Of a stretch of DNA of 36,736 nucleotides, positions 1-10,218 are shown piece by piece (positions within the stretch are counted from its first letter, which is position 1; every line of letters starts with the position of its first letter). Origin of the DNA: Nitrososphaeraceae archaeon. GTDB lineage: Archaea > Thermoproteota > Nitrososphaeria > Nitrososphaerales > Nitrososphaeraceae. The stretch lies in contig DATFEP010000029.1 in the NCBI GenBank assembly GCA_035250975.1, forward strand, positions 1-36,736. Direction: 5' to 3'. Under the pieces are notes generated by a model, which did not search any database, was not told where the DNA came from, and worked only from the letters and a program-made list of their open reading frames with translations. A program made the translations under genes and the position numbers.

Positions 1-87
1 TAGGCGGTTGTTGTCCTGCCATCATCGGTCCCATCATCGGTCCCATCATCGGTCCCATCATAGGCGGTTGTTGTCCTGCCATCATCA
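1..87. repeat. Coding tandem repeats: three 12-bp CATCATCGGTCC units within a 60-bp period
   Basis: TAGGCGGTTGTTGTCCTGCCATCATC occurs at 1 and 61. Unit lengths are multiples of 3 and encode (GPMM)n and AGQQPP on the minus strand. Confidence 0.9.
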
Positions 88-319
88 TGCCAGTTTTATT
101 CATCTGTTTCATCATTTTCTGCATCTGGTTTGGGTCCATCATCATATTCTGATTCTGTGTTCCAGTCATGTTACTCATCTGGTCTTTCATAACTGGAGGA
201 TTTGCAAATACTGATTGTATGTCTTTATAACTACCAAGAAAAACTATTGCACTAAATACAGATATGATAAAAAAAAGAATAAAGTATTTGCCATTCTTGT
301 TATTAAAATTGATATTCAT
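1..319 (-). CDS. Met/Gln/Pro-rich secreted or membrane-anchored protein, 3' end outside the window (not in ORF track)
   Basis: Manual translation from ATG at 319: MNINFNNKNGKYFILFFIISVFSAIVFLGSYKDIQSVFANPPVMKDQMSNMTGTQNQNMMMDPNQMQKMMKQMNKTGMMMAGQQPPMMGPMMGPMMGPMMAGQQPP... It is open to the edge, with a hydrophobic N-terminus followed by a VFA cleavage-like site. Confidence 0.8.
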   Translation of the reverse strand, partial: MNINFNNKNGKYFILFFIISVFSAIVFLGSYKDIQSVFANPPVMKDQMSNMTGTQNQNMMMDPNQMQKMMKQMNKTGMMMAGQQPPMMGPMMGPMMGPMMAGQQPP

Positions 320-359
320 TAAATTGACAAAGGCAAGTATAATATAAAAATATGAATAT

Positions 360-722
360 TTATAAATAGATTACAACTTTAAACTGCAAAGGTAGCCACC
401 TAAAGAAATACTTGAGTCTCCAAAGATAGTCGTTCCAGGTGGTAATCCATTATTGCTCATGGTCCTCTTGTTTGCTCTCTCTCCTTTTATTCAAAAATTG
501 GAGAATACTTTGCTTGTCCTTCACTTGATAAAATGCTATGTTATTATTTTCTTCTTCCAAAAACTCTGCAAACTTGATAATGATTTTTACATTGTGTTTC
601 TGGTGACTTTCACTTGTATCTCTTGCTACATGATATCTATGAAAATTTGATATTAATTGTCTATTTGTTTCATTGTTGACATTTGGAATCTTTTGTAATA
701 CTGTTTCAAGCAGAAATGGCAT
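360..722 (-). pseudogene. N-terminal remnant of a tyrosine-recombinase/integrase-like gene
   Basis: ORF 450..722 reads on in frame past TAA(450-452) as WITTWNDYLWRLKYFFRWL, a motif I recall from Nitrososphaerales integrase N-terminal regions. It stops at 360-362 and no catalytic domain follows. Confidence 0.65.
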
Positions 723-974
723 TTCTATTTATGTTTCTAAGTACAGTATTTCCAGTATTTGAACCCTACTAGTCTTCCGATACCAACATAATAGAAACCC
801 TATATGGATATTCCTACTGCTAAAGTACTAAATCTAAAATTCTTATTGATCAATTAACACGTACTAGATACAATAAACCTTATGATCATACAAATTAACC
901 TTTACAATTATCTTTTAATTTATTTGTCCATATTTTCGACACCCAATTTTTTTACCAAATAGGTATAGTTTATA

Positions 975-1133
975 TCAACATTCCTCACTATTTAATGATA
1001 ACTTTTTTGTATCAATAGAAAGATAAGTTTCTAATGCTTGTTCAATTATGTCATCGGTAGATATTTCACGTTTTTTTGCTTCAATCTGGGCCTTTTCCCA
1101 AATATCTTCATCAATATTTATTGTTTGTTTCAT
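975..1133 (-). CDS. Small ribbon-helix-helix (CopG/Arc-like) DNA-binding protein, 52 aa (not in ORF track)
   Basis: MKQTINIDEDIWEKAQIEAKKREISTDDIIEQALETYLSIDTKKLSLNSEEC*. It has an alternating N-terminal strand, a helix, an S-x-x-D-I-I turn and a second helix ending ALETYL. Confidence 0.7.
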   Translation of the reverse strand: MKQTINIDEDIWEKAQIEAKKREISTDDIIEQALETYLSIDTKKLSLNSEEC

Positions 1134-1866
1134 ATTAGTATAATTAGTAATATCTTTCTTTGAATTAATTTCTTTCGTTAAGATTATGTATTAAAAAAGT
1201 AATAGCTATTTGTAATTTGGTAGGAATTATTTGAGAATGGATAATCTTGAGACTCATTAACCTTCATTAGCATCATCATAAAATCTCTTATTTGCGATTA
1301 TTCATTGATATTATTATCCAAATTAGTTCTCAGATAATAACTGTTGACCAATTTCACCGCTCTTTGTCTAAATTGGAATACTTCTTGTATCACTTTGAAT
1401 TGCAATGTGTAAAAGTTTTAGCTCGACGCTGATTACTGAAATAAACTATTAAAGTATTAGTTTTACTGCAGATCGCTTTTACTTGTAATGCATGGTTTCA
1501 ATTCTGCTTTAAAATAATAATGATTGTATGTAAATTTTGAATTTCTTCAATTAAATCAGAGAAATGAGTTGCTTTTCTAAAGTATTTCAACACGGGATGG
1601 AAATTGAAGATTATCTTCTAGTGATGAATATGTTATTTTTGCTTTGATATCAAAACTTTTTTACCATTTCCAGTAGCCCACATGCATTTTCTCACGGTTG
1701 CCTGAGTTCTAATGAATACTGATATCATGAGGACAGAGTATCCAGGAAATTCACAATATTTTAAAATCAATAATAGTGAAACTATGTGGTAATTATATAA
1801 GTATAGGACCTAGTATATTTGCTAAAACTTGCTTATCTATATATGATATTATGTGTCAAACTTTTA

Positions 1867-3051
1867 CTAAAAAAAACGACTTAAAAAATAAATGGCAAAT
1901 ATTACAAATACAGAAGAAGCGCCGATACTTGAAATAATCCTTGTTTTATAGTCATCAAAGAATATTTTATAGGCAGAAATACAAATAAAAAAGTAGGGTA
2001 ATAATATTATAATAACTGAAATACTTGCTAGTTCTTCAAATTTATTTGAAATGATTAATAGTAGAATGGAAATTATCGCGACTATCGTTGTAGCCACTAA
2101 AGGCGTTGCACTAGAAGTTAAATCTTTTAGTATTGGCAATCCCAATTGGTAAGAGATATTTTGGAGTACTCTGCTTGTCCCAGCTATGTAAGCATTGATT
2201 GCAGAGAGCATCGCAATAATGCCAATCATCCCAACCACGATATTGGAGTCCTTTATGATTAATCCATATGCTGTAGCAAGTGGTGCAGGAGAATTTGCAA
2301 GAACATAACTTCCTACTGAACCAATTAGCGAAATATTTAAAAAAATATATACAGATATGGTAATTGCTATAACTATTTTGAGTGATCTATATACTATTTT
2401 TTGTCCTCCTTTTGTCTCATAAGAAAATAATGCAGCTATTTCAAATCCTGTAAAACACCAATAAACTATCACGATTGCCTTTAAAAAATCAAAACTTGAA
2501 GAAGGATAAAAAGGATGGAAATTACTTTCATTTAAAAATGGAAGTAAAAGAGCAGATAATATAATTATAGGTGAAATTTTTGCGATTGTTAATATAATTT
2601 CTGTCTTTCCAGACAAATATAATCCTTTTATATTCATTAGGCAAAATACCGCAATTATACAAATTTCAACCAGTAATATAAGTTCAGTATCATGAATTCC
2701 AAAAGAGAAAATATATTGTCCTATTCCAGATGCTATTGTTGAAATTCCAAATACCGATGATACAGTATATAAAATAACGAGTGAAATAGATATCCTTTTC
2801 CCAAATACTTTTGAAAATAAATGATAAAAAGCTCCTGTTGCTGGATATTTGTACGAAGTCTTTGCAAGAGAATACATAACACATGATGCAGATAATGAAG
2901 CGAATAACCAAGCAATTATGGAACTTGACCCAGCGATCCCTGCAGCTATCCCAGGAACAATAAATATTCCGGAACCTATTGTTCCTCCAAGACCAAAACT
3001 AACGAGATCAAATAGACCTATAGATTTTCTGTATCCTTTTCTACCCACCAT
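1867..3051 (-). CDS. APC-family amino acid permease
   Basis: TM1 GGTIGSGIF, YPATGAFY loop, TM6 FTGFE and about 11-12 hydrophobic segments. Confidence 0.9.
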   Translation of the reverse strand: MVGRKGYRKSIGLFDLVSFGLGGTIGSGIFIVPGIAAGIAGSSSIIAWLFASLSASCVMYSLAKTSYKYPATGAFYHLFSKVFGKRISISLVILYTVSSVFGISTIASGIGQYIFSFGIHDTELILLVEICIIAVFCLMNIKGLYLSGKTEIILTIAKISPIIILSALLLPFLNESNFHPFYPSSSFDFLKAIVIVYWCFTGFEIAALFSYETKGGQKIVYRSLKIVIAITISVYIFLNISLIGSVGSYVLANSPAPLATAYGLIIKDSNIVVGMIGIIAMLSAINAYIAGTSRVLQNISYQLGLPILKDLTSSATPLVATTIVAIISILLLIISNKFEELASISVIIILLPYFFICISAYKIFFDDYKTRIISSIGASSVFVIFAIYFLSRFF

Positions 3052-3468
3052 TCATTAATCTTTATTATCCTACCGATTAATCTTACTGGAGATATTGTGG
3101 ATAGAACAAATTCAACATAACATGAAGATGACAAAAACAATAGTTAGAGTATATTGGTATCCAGACCACCAGCCTCATCTTGTCATAATCATCATCATTA
3201 TTAAAGATGCAACAATATATGTGTCTTGACAAGGTTTATGAATATCTTGACGTATATGAATTGCTGAAAGAATATCGATTTACTATACACATTTGCTAAA
3301 GAGGATAAGACAATATTACAAGTATTAATTGAAATCGCGAATTCAAAAAGAAGATTTTTAATTTAATCTCGTACTATAATTGATGAAAAGATTAAAGTAT
3401 GATCTATGGAAATAAAAAAATATATCTATCCAATTTCATTTTAAAAAATAAATAGATTGGAGAATCCA

Positions 3469-5490
3469 CTAAGATTTGAGCAATGCAGAAACAGCCAGTG
3501 AATTGCCTAATTTGAAATCTATTGTTTGTTTTCCTTGGTTGTATAGAGCTATTACATTTATATCTTCTACGTTTTGATATTCTCCAGTTATAGGATCCTG
3601 TCCATCCATGTCATCGTCAAACTGTACAACAAATAAAGCATTATCTTTACTCAAAGTCTGCATTCTTTCCAACGGAACGGTTACTCCTTCATATTCATCA
3701 CCGTATTTGTCTACATGTAGAAACATAAACTGCAAGTCGGGATTATCTGGTAAATTCAAGGTTGCACGACCATCTTTCAATTCACATGGATAAAAATCTC
3801 CCAAAAGTACAGGAGTTTTTGGCCCTATCTTTCCAGTTAATGGTATCGAACTAGCCTGTGTCAAACATTTAGTTGTCTTGTATTTGATTATCTTTTCTGT
3901 GTGGTAATAGTGACGATCTTTATGATCGCGTTCATCATCATCATAATAACGATAATTACCATCATCATCATAGCGATTAATGTCTCCGATAACAATATCT
4001 TTGAATTTGTCTCCTGCTATCTGAATAATTGTTGGAGCAAAGATTTGCGTTATATCTTTACCCTGTGCAATTTGTGAATTGATAATTTGCGCTGTCTGAC
4101 TAATGGTACTCTGGTTAGCATCTCCAGATGCTATCATTCCCGTAAGGGTTTCTAACGCCTGACTTACTTGTCCTTCTGGTCTGTTCTTTAATTCTAGATT
4201 TAATAGATCTAGAGCTTTAGCTGAATCTGTACCTGCAGGAAGTTGTTCTGATATCTGTCTAGCAACTTGTTGGACTTTACCCTCATCTACCTCTGCTTCT
4301 TGAATAATCTCTTGGTCTACTTTTTGTTCTAGTTCTTCAGCACCTGGAGGAGCTACCTGAGATGCCTCTTGGTCTGCCTGTTGGATTGACGTACCCTCCT
4401 CAACTTTCGCTTTCTGATATATTTCCTGGTCTACTTTTTGTTCTATATCTCCTGCAAATGCTGTTTCACATTTGTTTTCCTGATAATTCCATGCTCGACC
4501 AGAAGTAATACAAGAATAGATATCCTGTCTTTCATTTAGATACTTTTGTAAATCTTCATCTTCTGTTTCACACAACAATGTGTCTTCATTCCATTTTCCG
4601 TGAAAATCATACAAGCATTTACTTTTATCATAATCTTTAATTTGTTCTGCAGTATTTCCTTTATAACGGTCACGGGTACAGATATCGTATAGAATAGTAT
4701 CACGTGGGTCATCACATAGGTAATCTTCATATGCTGTTTTTTCTTCAAGATTCTCTATTTTACAAATATTTTCCCGATCGTTCCATTTTCCACCGTAATT
4801 ATCACATATTGCCTGATCAAACCTTGAAATTTGTGTGCGTTCCTTTTCATACTCTTTGCTTTTATCAGGATCATCTATTTCACATTCGTTGGTATCGTAA
4901 TTCCAAACTCCCCTGTAGGCAACACTACCACATAGGTCTATGTCTACTCTTTGGTCTCTGGTTTTATCCAAATAGTCCTCTAGCTCTTCGTTTATATCAG
5001 TACCTCCAGTGGCTACTTGAGTTGACTTCTGCTCTGCCTCCTGAATTGAGGTACCCTCCTCAACTTTAGATGGGACTGCTGTAAGTTCTGGAATTTCTTT
5101 TTGCTCCGCTGTTGGCTCTGTTACCTCCGCTGTTGGCTCTGTTACCTCCGCTGTTGGCTCTACTATTGTTGGTTCTGTAACTTCGTCTTTCTCTGTTGTT
5201 ACCTCTTGCTCTGTTGTTACCTCTTGCTCTGTAGGTTCTCCAACTTCTTGCTCTGTTGTTACTGCTTCCTCTGTTGGTGAGTCGCCATTTTCAACTTTAG
5301 ATTCTTTATCATTTCCGTGATTGTTATCTTCTCTTGTATTCCCATAATCCAGTTGTCCATTAGAAGATTCTAGAAATGAACCAGAAAGTAATATCAGATC
5401 GGATCCAATATACATCTGTACAGGATAAGCAGTAATCATCGAAATAGTGAGGAAAATTAATAATATTCTATTTAGCGAAATTCTTATCAT
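3469..5490 (-). CDS. Large acidic secreted/surface protein with Glu/Thr/Pro repeats and four Cys-Trp modules
   Basis: 673-aa ORF with a hydrophobic N-terminus, TEQEV/PTAEVTE low-complexity linker and repeated C-x(4-6)-G-x-W-N-x(5)-C. Confidence 0.8.
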   Translation of the reverse strand: MIRISLNRILLIFLTISMITAYPVQMYIGSDLILLSGSFLESSNGQLDYGNTREDNNHGNDKESKVENGDSPTEEAVTTEQEVGEPTEQEVTTEQEVTTEKDEVTEPTIVEPTAEVTEPTAEVTEPTAEQKEIPELTAVPSKVEEGTSIQEAEQKSTQVATGGTDINEELEDYLDKTRDQRVDIDLCGSVAYRGVWNYDTNECEIDDPDKSKEYEKERTQISRFDQAICDNYGGKWNDRENICKIENLEEKTAYEDYLCDDPRDTILYDICTRDRYKGNTAEQIKDYDKSKCLYDFHGKWNEDTLLCETEDEDLQKYLNERQDIYSCITSGRAWNYQENKCETAFAGDIEQKVDQEIYQKAKVEEGTSIQQADQEASQVAPPGAEELEQKVDQEIIQEAEVDEGKVQQVARQISEQLPAGTDSAKALDLLNLELKNRPEGQVSQALETLTGMIASGDANQSTISQTAQIINSQIAQGKDITQIFAPTIIQIAGDKFKDIVIGDINRYDDDGNYRYYDDDERDHKDRHYYHTEKIIKYKTTKCLTQASSIPLTGKIGPKTPVLLGDFYPCELKDGRATLNLPDNPDLQFMFLHVDKYGDEYEGVTVPLERMQTLSKDNALFVVQFDDDMDGQDPITGEYQNVEDINVIALYNQGKQTIDFKLGNSLAVSALLKS
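5104..5272. repeat. In-frame 21-bp and 18-bp tandem repeats
   Basis: CTCCGCTGTTGGCTCTGTTAC is repeated about 2.5 times (EVTEPTA) and CTCTGTTGTTACCTCTTG about 2 times plus degenerate copies (TTEQEV). Confidence 0.85.
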
Positions 5491-6381
5491 GACTGGTTAG
5501 ATTAGTAATAGCAAACTAATATAAAGTAGACGTACAATGCAAATAGTGATTTTCTCTACATTTATTTCATTAAGATAATAAATAATGACCGTTATCATTT
5601 TCATCATCTTTCTGCAAATGATAAAAAATGGTTAAAAAAAGCATGAAGATTAAAGGTAGAGTCAAAAATTATAATATTGTTATATACCACTTTTTAGTCA
5701 ACCAGAATTACATTGAAATTTGTGACCAGCACCTAAACACTATGGAAATATACACTATTGTCGTGAATATGAACCACATTATCTTTAAAATTTGCAGATA
5801 CCTGAATAATAGCATATCAAAATTTTACTTATATAGTAAATTCATAAAATGTTAAACAATCTGCAGTTTTGAATCCAATTTAGGGCTAATTGTAATTCAC
5901 AAATAGCTGCCGAGCTTCTTTAAAATAGTATTAATCAAATTCATCTGAAACTGCAGCCGAGCTTCATCGTAGGGATTACAACTCTAGCAAAATCTGTCTC
6001 ACACAATATAAGGCAAAAATGACCTATTTGTAAAGCCTAAAAATCAATAACATTATCTCAATAACTTTGATATTGGTTAACCAACCACCAATATCTACTG
6101 GACAACCTACATGACTGGCACCAGTTTATCATATAGCGATTGAAACACAACAAACTGCTATCGAAAATCATTATGTAAAGAAGGGAACCTATATTTTTAT
6201 GAATAAATCTTTCTTTTGATGAACAATATTCATGCAGAAAGAATAATTCGAAATGTGTCCAGGACATGTATGCACTTTGATTAAAATATTACTTACGTCA
6301 ACAATGGCAAGATCAAAAATATAATTCGATTCAACAAAATAAGTAAATTAGTATTTACTTAAGTCATTATACGTATACGTT

Positions 6382-6852
6382 TCACATTTGAAGAGATATC
6401 TTTGCTACACCGCTTCTTGTAGTGTCAAAAGGTGGATTAATTCCAGTTCCTAGGACAGTAATAACCATAGTATATTTTCCAGGATTTTCAATCATAATAT
6501 TTTGAACATCACTTCCCATATGTACATGAATATTTTCCATAGAAAATACAGAAGTCCCCTTATCGTCAAACAACTGTAAATTATAATTCACATGTTGAAG
6601 ATTCATATCATTAAATGGATGTTTAAAGTCAATCATAAAAGGAATTTTGGTTCCAGGAGATAAATTAGAATCCCAATTTACTAAAATTGCCACAGCATTA
6701 TTTTCAGTTTTGATTGAAATTGGCTGAGTAGTAGTCGAAGTCTCGTTTTGCGAAAAAGATTGTTGTTGATGTGATGACAAAATAGATACAAGCAAAAATG
6801 CTCCCAATATTATGCTAACAGTATAATGATTAATATTATATCTATTATTCAT
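6382..6852 (-). CDS. Secreted beta-sandwich hypothetical protein of a thaumarchaeal type
   Basis: Signal-like N-terminus, HVNY and HVHMG motifs, and a C-terminal PGKYTMVITV strand. Confidence 0.75.
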   Translation of the reverse strand: MNNRYNINHYTVSIILGAFLLVSILSSHQQQSFSQNETSTTTQPISIKTENNAVAILVNWDSNLSPGTKIPFMIDFKHPFNDMNLQHVNYNLQLFDDKGTSVFSMENIHVHMGSDVQNIMIENPGKYTMVITVLGTGINPPFDTTRSGVAKISLQM

Positions 6853-7595
6853 ATTATTTTATAAAAATTAAAAAATAAAAAGGTTGTGATTCTATCCAAA
6901 AACAAGCTCTGCAATATAAATTTTAAACAGCCATTTTACGCCTAAACTAATCATCATTCGTCTTTTTTTAATTCGTGATAATTTTGAAAACATTCAATAA
7001 AGATTATCATTAGATCTGTTGCATAGTTAGAAATGTTTCATGGTGAAAATTAACATGGCATTTTCTCAATTTTTAGTTCATAATTTATAAAGATTTTGTG
7101 CACGTTTAATTACTCAGTAATCTATTGATCAGGAAGATAGAATACATATATGAGATTCTAAAGTATATTTACAATACTAATGAGGACTTATTACTTGATT
7201 TGTCTTATTAATAGTAATAAAACAAGATTTTTGTAATTTTGTCATCTTTTATTTACAGAATCCATCATATTATTTTAGCACATATTATCTGAGGCCTCCG
7301 ACACGTAGTTTATTATATTGAGATGAATTCTTTTTGTTCAGCTATAGGTATCTTTTAATTATGAAATCTCCAAGGGATGAATAATAGTATGGAGAATGAT
7401 AACGATTTATTCCTAATTTGCTTTAATTACCTAAAAATTACTGAAATTACATATATTGACAATAGGAAATTTAATACAGATAAGCCGATTAATATCAATA
7501 AAATACAAACTTTAACATATTTCTTTCTAATTACCATTCATTGTACAATAAAACTATATTTTATATACATTAAATAATTGTAATGCGTGATTATA

Positions 7596-7910
7596 TTAAA
7601 CTCCACTATTTTCTGACTTTCTAATCTCTATCGTAACTTTGTCTCCTACTCGTAGGCCAGACTCTTCATATTCTCGTATACTTAATTTGAATGTAGGCGC
7701 ATCACCAAAAGCCATGCTACCTCCAAACATCCTAGATAGGTTTTTAGTTAAATCTTCTGGAGACGTAAAAGTCATACCTAAATCTCCGAAAGGCGATTGC
7801 TGTTGCTTCCCTCTTCTAGCAGTTTTAGTATCGCTAAATACAATAAAAACAAAAGGGCCTTTTTCATCTTGAGAAGCCTCAATTTTTGATACTACAAATT
7901 CATTCTTCAT
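7596..7910 (-). CDS. Arcadin-1-like protein
   Basis: 104 aa. The N-terminal VVSKIEASQDEKGPFVFIVF and C-terminal PTFKLSIREYEESGLRVGDKVTIEI resemble Pyrobaculum arcadin-1 as I remember it. The CDS itself is well supported and the family call is less so. Confidence 0.6.
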   Translation of the reverse strand: MKNEFVVSKIEASQDEKGPFVFIVFSDTKTARRGKQQQSPFGDLGMTFTSPEDLTKNLSRMFGGSMAFGDAPTFKLSIREYEESGLRVGDKVTIEIRKSENSGV

Positions 7911-8184
7911 AAATAATATTGTTCGTCTTATATATTATAATGCTTGGTTTCTACACTACCTTATCATTAATGCATTGGAACCTTTTTTTAGCAAGGCTGT
8001 CGACATTTATCCCTCTTGCTCGGTTACATGTTCATCTCAACGTAAGTGACCTAATTTTAGTTTACAATATCAATTTGGAACTCTGAAACTGATATCAATA
8101 TGAATTATTTTTAGATACCATCATACTAGATCTTCTTGTATCCACAAATCTCTCCATTACATAGAAAAATTGCAAAATAGTTAC

Positions 8185-8922
8185 TCATATATTGTAAAAC
8201 TCTATTGATTGTCCATTCTTATAACTCTCCTTATTAAATATCATATCGCAAATCTTTTTTGCAACTTTCTCAGGTTTCATCAAATTGAAATTAGGTTTAG
8301 TAAATCCCTTTTTTATAATATCTTCCATCATCTTTGTATCTACCCCACCAGGACATATGGCCATGATTCTTACATTCTCATCAATAACTTCTTTAGCCAC
8401 ACTTTCGGTCAAACCTATCATACCAAACTTGCTTGCGCAATACGCAGAAAAGTTTGGAAACCCATACTTTCCAGCACCCGAACTAACATTGATAATAGTA
8501 CCAGATTTGTTTTCAAACATACATGGAAGTACTTCCTTGATAAATAGAAAGGTACCTTTTAAATTAGTATCAATAGTTTTATTCCAATCTTCCTCAGTTG
8601 TTTCTATTATACTTTTAAAAAATACTGTGCCAGCATTATTAACAAGAATATTAATTCCTCCAAATTTTTTCAGCGTTGCATCAACAAGAAATTTTACATC
8701 AGAGTGGTTGGTAACATCACATTTTAAACCTAAAATATTTTCTTTTTGGGAAGGAAATCTAAGTTGAAATTCCTTTGTGACGTTTTGTACGCTATCTTGA
8801 TTTCTAGAAGATATGGTTACATTTACTCCTTTTTTTAATAAGAGCAATGCAGTTTCTTTACCGATGCCTCTTGTGCTTCCAGTTATAATTGCCGTATTTT
8901 CGTTTTGTTGTTTTGGCTTCAT
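8185..8922 (-). CDS. Short-chain dehydrogenase/reductase (classical SDR)
   Basis: TGSTRGIG, NNAG, catalytic S in NVSS, YCASK and CPGGVDT. Confidence 0.95.
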   Translation of the reverse strand: MKPKQQNENTAIITGSTRGIGKETALLLLKKGVNVTISSRNQDSVQNVTKEFQLRFPSQKENILGLKCDVTNHSDVKFLVDATLKKFGGINILVNNAGTVFFKSIIETTEEDWNKTIDTNLKGTFLFIKEVLPCMFENKSGTIINVSSGAGKYGFPNFSAYCASKFGMIGLTESVAKEVIDENVRIMAICPGGVDTKMMEDIIKKGFTKPNFNLMKPEKVAKKICDMIFNKESYKNGQSIEFYNI

Positions 8923-9270
8923 AATAATAATATGTTGTTATGTGTACTATTGTATTAATTTTTAAGAATGAAGAATATTAGTCATTCTAATAGAGTATAT
9001 GATTTTATAAAAGAAATAAGCATTTAAATATCCGAAAGTAGTGTAATATTACAACCACTGAATATTCCTTATAGCGTATTTAATTTGCAGTAACATCACA
9101 GAATTGCTAATGCCAATTTCACGAATTCATTGCAACCTATAGGAATATACTCTCCCAATCAGTGGTGTTGGAGAGAATGGAAAAAGATTAGTACAACAGA
9201 CATATCGGTAGCTAGTCAAACTATTTACTATGAAAAATAGTAGGTCGTTTTTTCTTTCTCTCCGTACTAA

Positions 9271-9474
9271 TTATTTTATTTTGAGATTTCCGTTTTCATC
9301 ATATTCCTTGTATACATAAGTATCATTTGACAAGTAATGTAATGCCTTGATCATAGGTATTCCAATAATCATATTCTGGACCAACTTCAACAGTTCGGCC
9401 TCTTTACTTCCTACCTGCTTCCTAGTCATCCCTCCCTCTAGAATAAAGACGATCTCTTTTACATCATCGAACAT
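9271..9474 (-). CDS. Short hypothetical protein, possibly a 3' gene fragment
   Basis: Protein-like composition. The frame stays open for 15 codons upstream of the ATG, up to three consecutive stops. Confidence 0.3.
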   Translation of the reverse strand: MFDDVKEIVFILEGGMTRKQVGSKEAELLKLVQNMIIGIPMIKALHYLSNDTYVYKEYDENGNLKIK

Positions 9475-9792
9475 GTGCGCATATTCTCCCGTCTCAAGTT
9501 TATGTTTCGAAGCTGCATAGTTCTATCATTATTCCAGTTTAGTAAGGGGACATCTATCCATATTATCTAGTCTCCATTCCATCTTTTGTCTGAATACTGT
9601 ATAAATAATGATTTCTTTCGTTATTTTTCATATATCAGATTAATATGTCCATAATGGAGATTTCTGATTTTATAGTGATTATTTTTTTCTGTTAGTTTAC
9701 TAAATCTGCCAAATTATAAAAACTCTAAAACAAATAAAGCGACTAAATATAAAAAACTTTAATTAATTCATCATAATACTAGGGGAGACCAA

Positions 9793-10043
9793 AGATGTGA
9801 AGAGTGTTTTATGTATAATCTAACTCCAATTTAATTCGATTTACTACGGGACCGTTAGGAACAAGCAATACCAGTGAATGAATTAGACCTTGAAGACCTA
9901 TGCACAATACTAGATCTCATTGAAAATGGCCGAGAGGAAACCCAAACATTAAGAGGGATATTACTGTGACTAGTGTCTTTGATATTAACGTAATATTGAA
10001 TTGATTGGCAACCTCGGGTTTAATTAGTCCACCAGAAACCTAA
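9793..10043 (+). pseudogene. Decayed copy of a Cys-containing helical domain related to that in 10627..10893
   Basis: RCEECFMYNLTPI*FDLLRDR*EQAIPVNELDLEDLCTILDLIENGREETQTLRGILL, then in a shifted frame TSVFDINVILN*LATSGLISPPET*. This parallels TFEDCF...IIECLVNSGKI downstream. Confidence 0.5.
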
Positions 10044-10218
10044 AATTTTTTTTTCTAACCTTGATACCCTAGCGACATAGCATTGAATCTGAAGATCATT
10101 TCTAACTAAGTATGTTACTATAGTTTCTTTGGAGCACTATTTCTGAATTTTGAATTAATAAATTTGAAGGTAATGTTCATTCCAATCTTAGAAATATTTT
10201 AAGCGTATGTAATTATAT

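Noticed and set aside
1-87. Direct repeats with a 60-bp period as a CRISPR array
   Set aside because: The intervening sequence is itself a 12-bp tandem repeat, all units are in frame, and no cas genes are present.
8-214. His-rich plus-strand ORF (HHRS repeats) as a metal-binding peptide
   Set aside because: It is the antisense shadow of ATG-rich codons in the minus-strand Met-rich gene, which has a proper start and a signal-like segment.
750-775. GGGTTCAAAT on the minus strand as a tRNA T-loop or att site beside the integrase remnant
   Set aside because: The flanks do not form a T-stem and no other tRNA arms are visible.
5628-6267. ORFs 5628..5855 (+) and 6058..6267 (-), and the GCCGAGCTTC direct repeat near 5909 and 5956
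   Set aside because: No recognisable motifs and composition typical of random AT-rich frames. The repeat is only two 10-bp copies.
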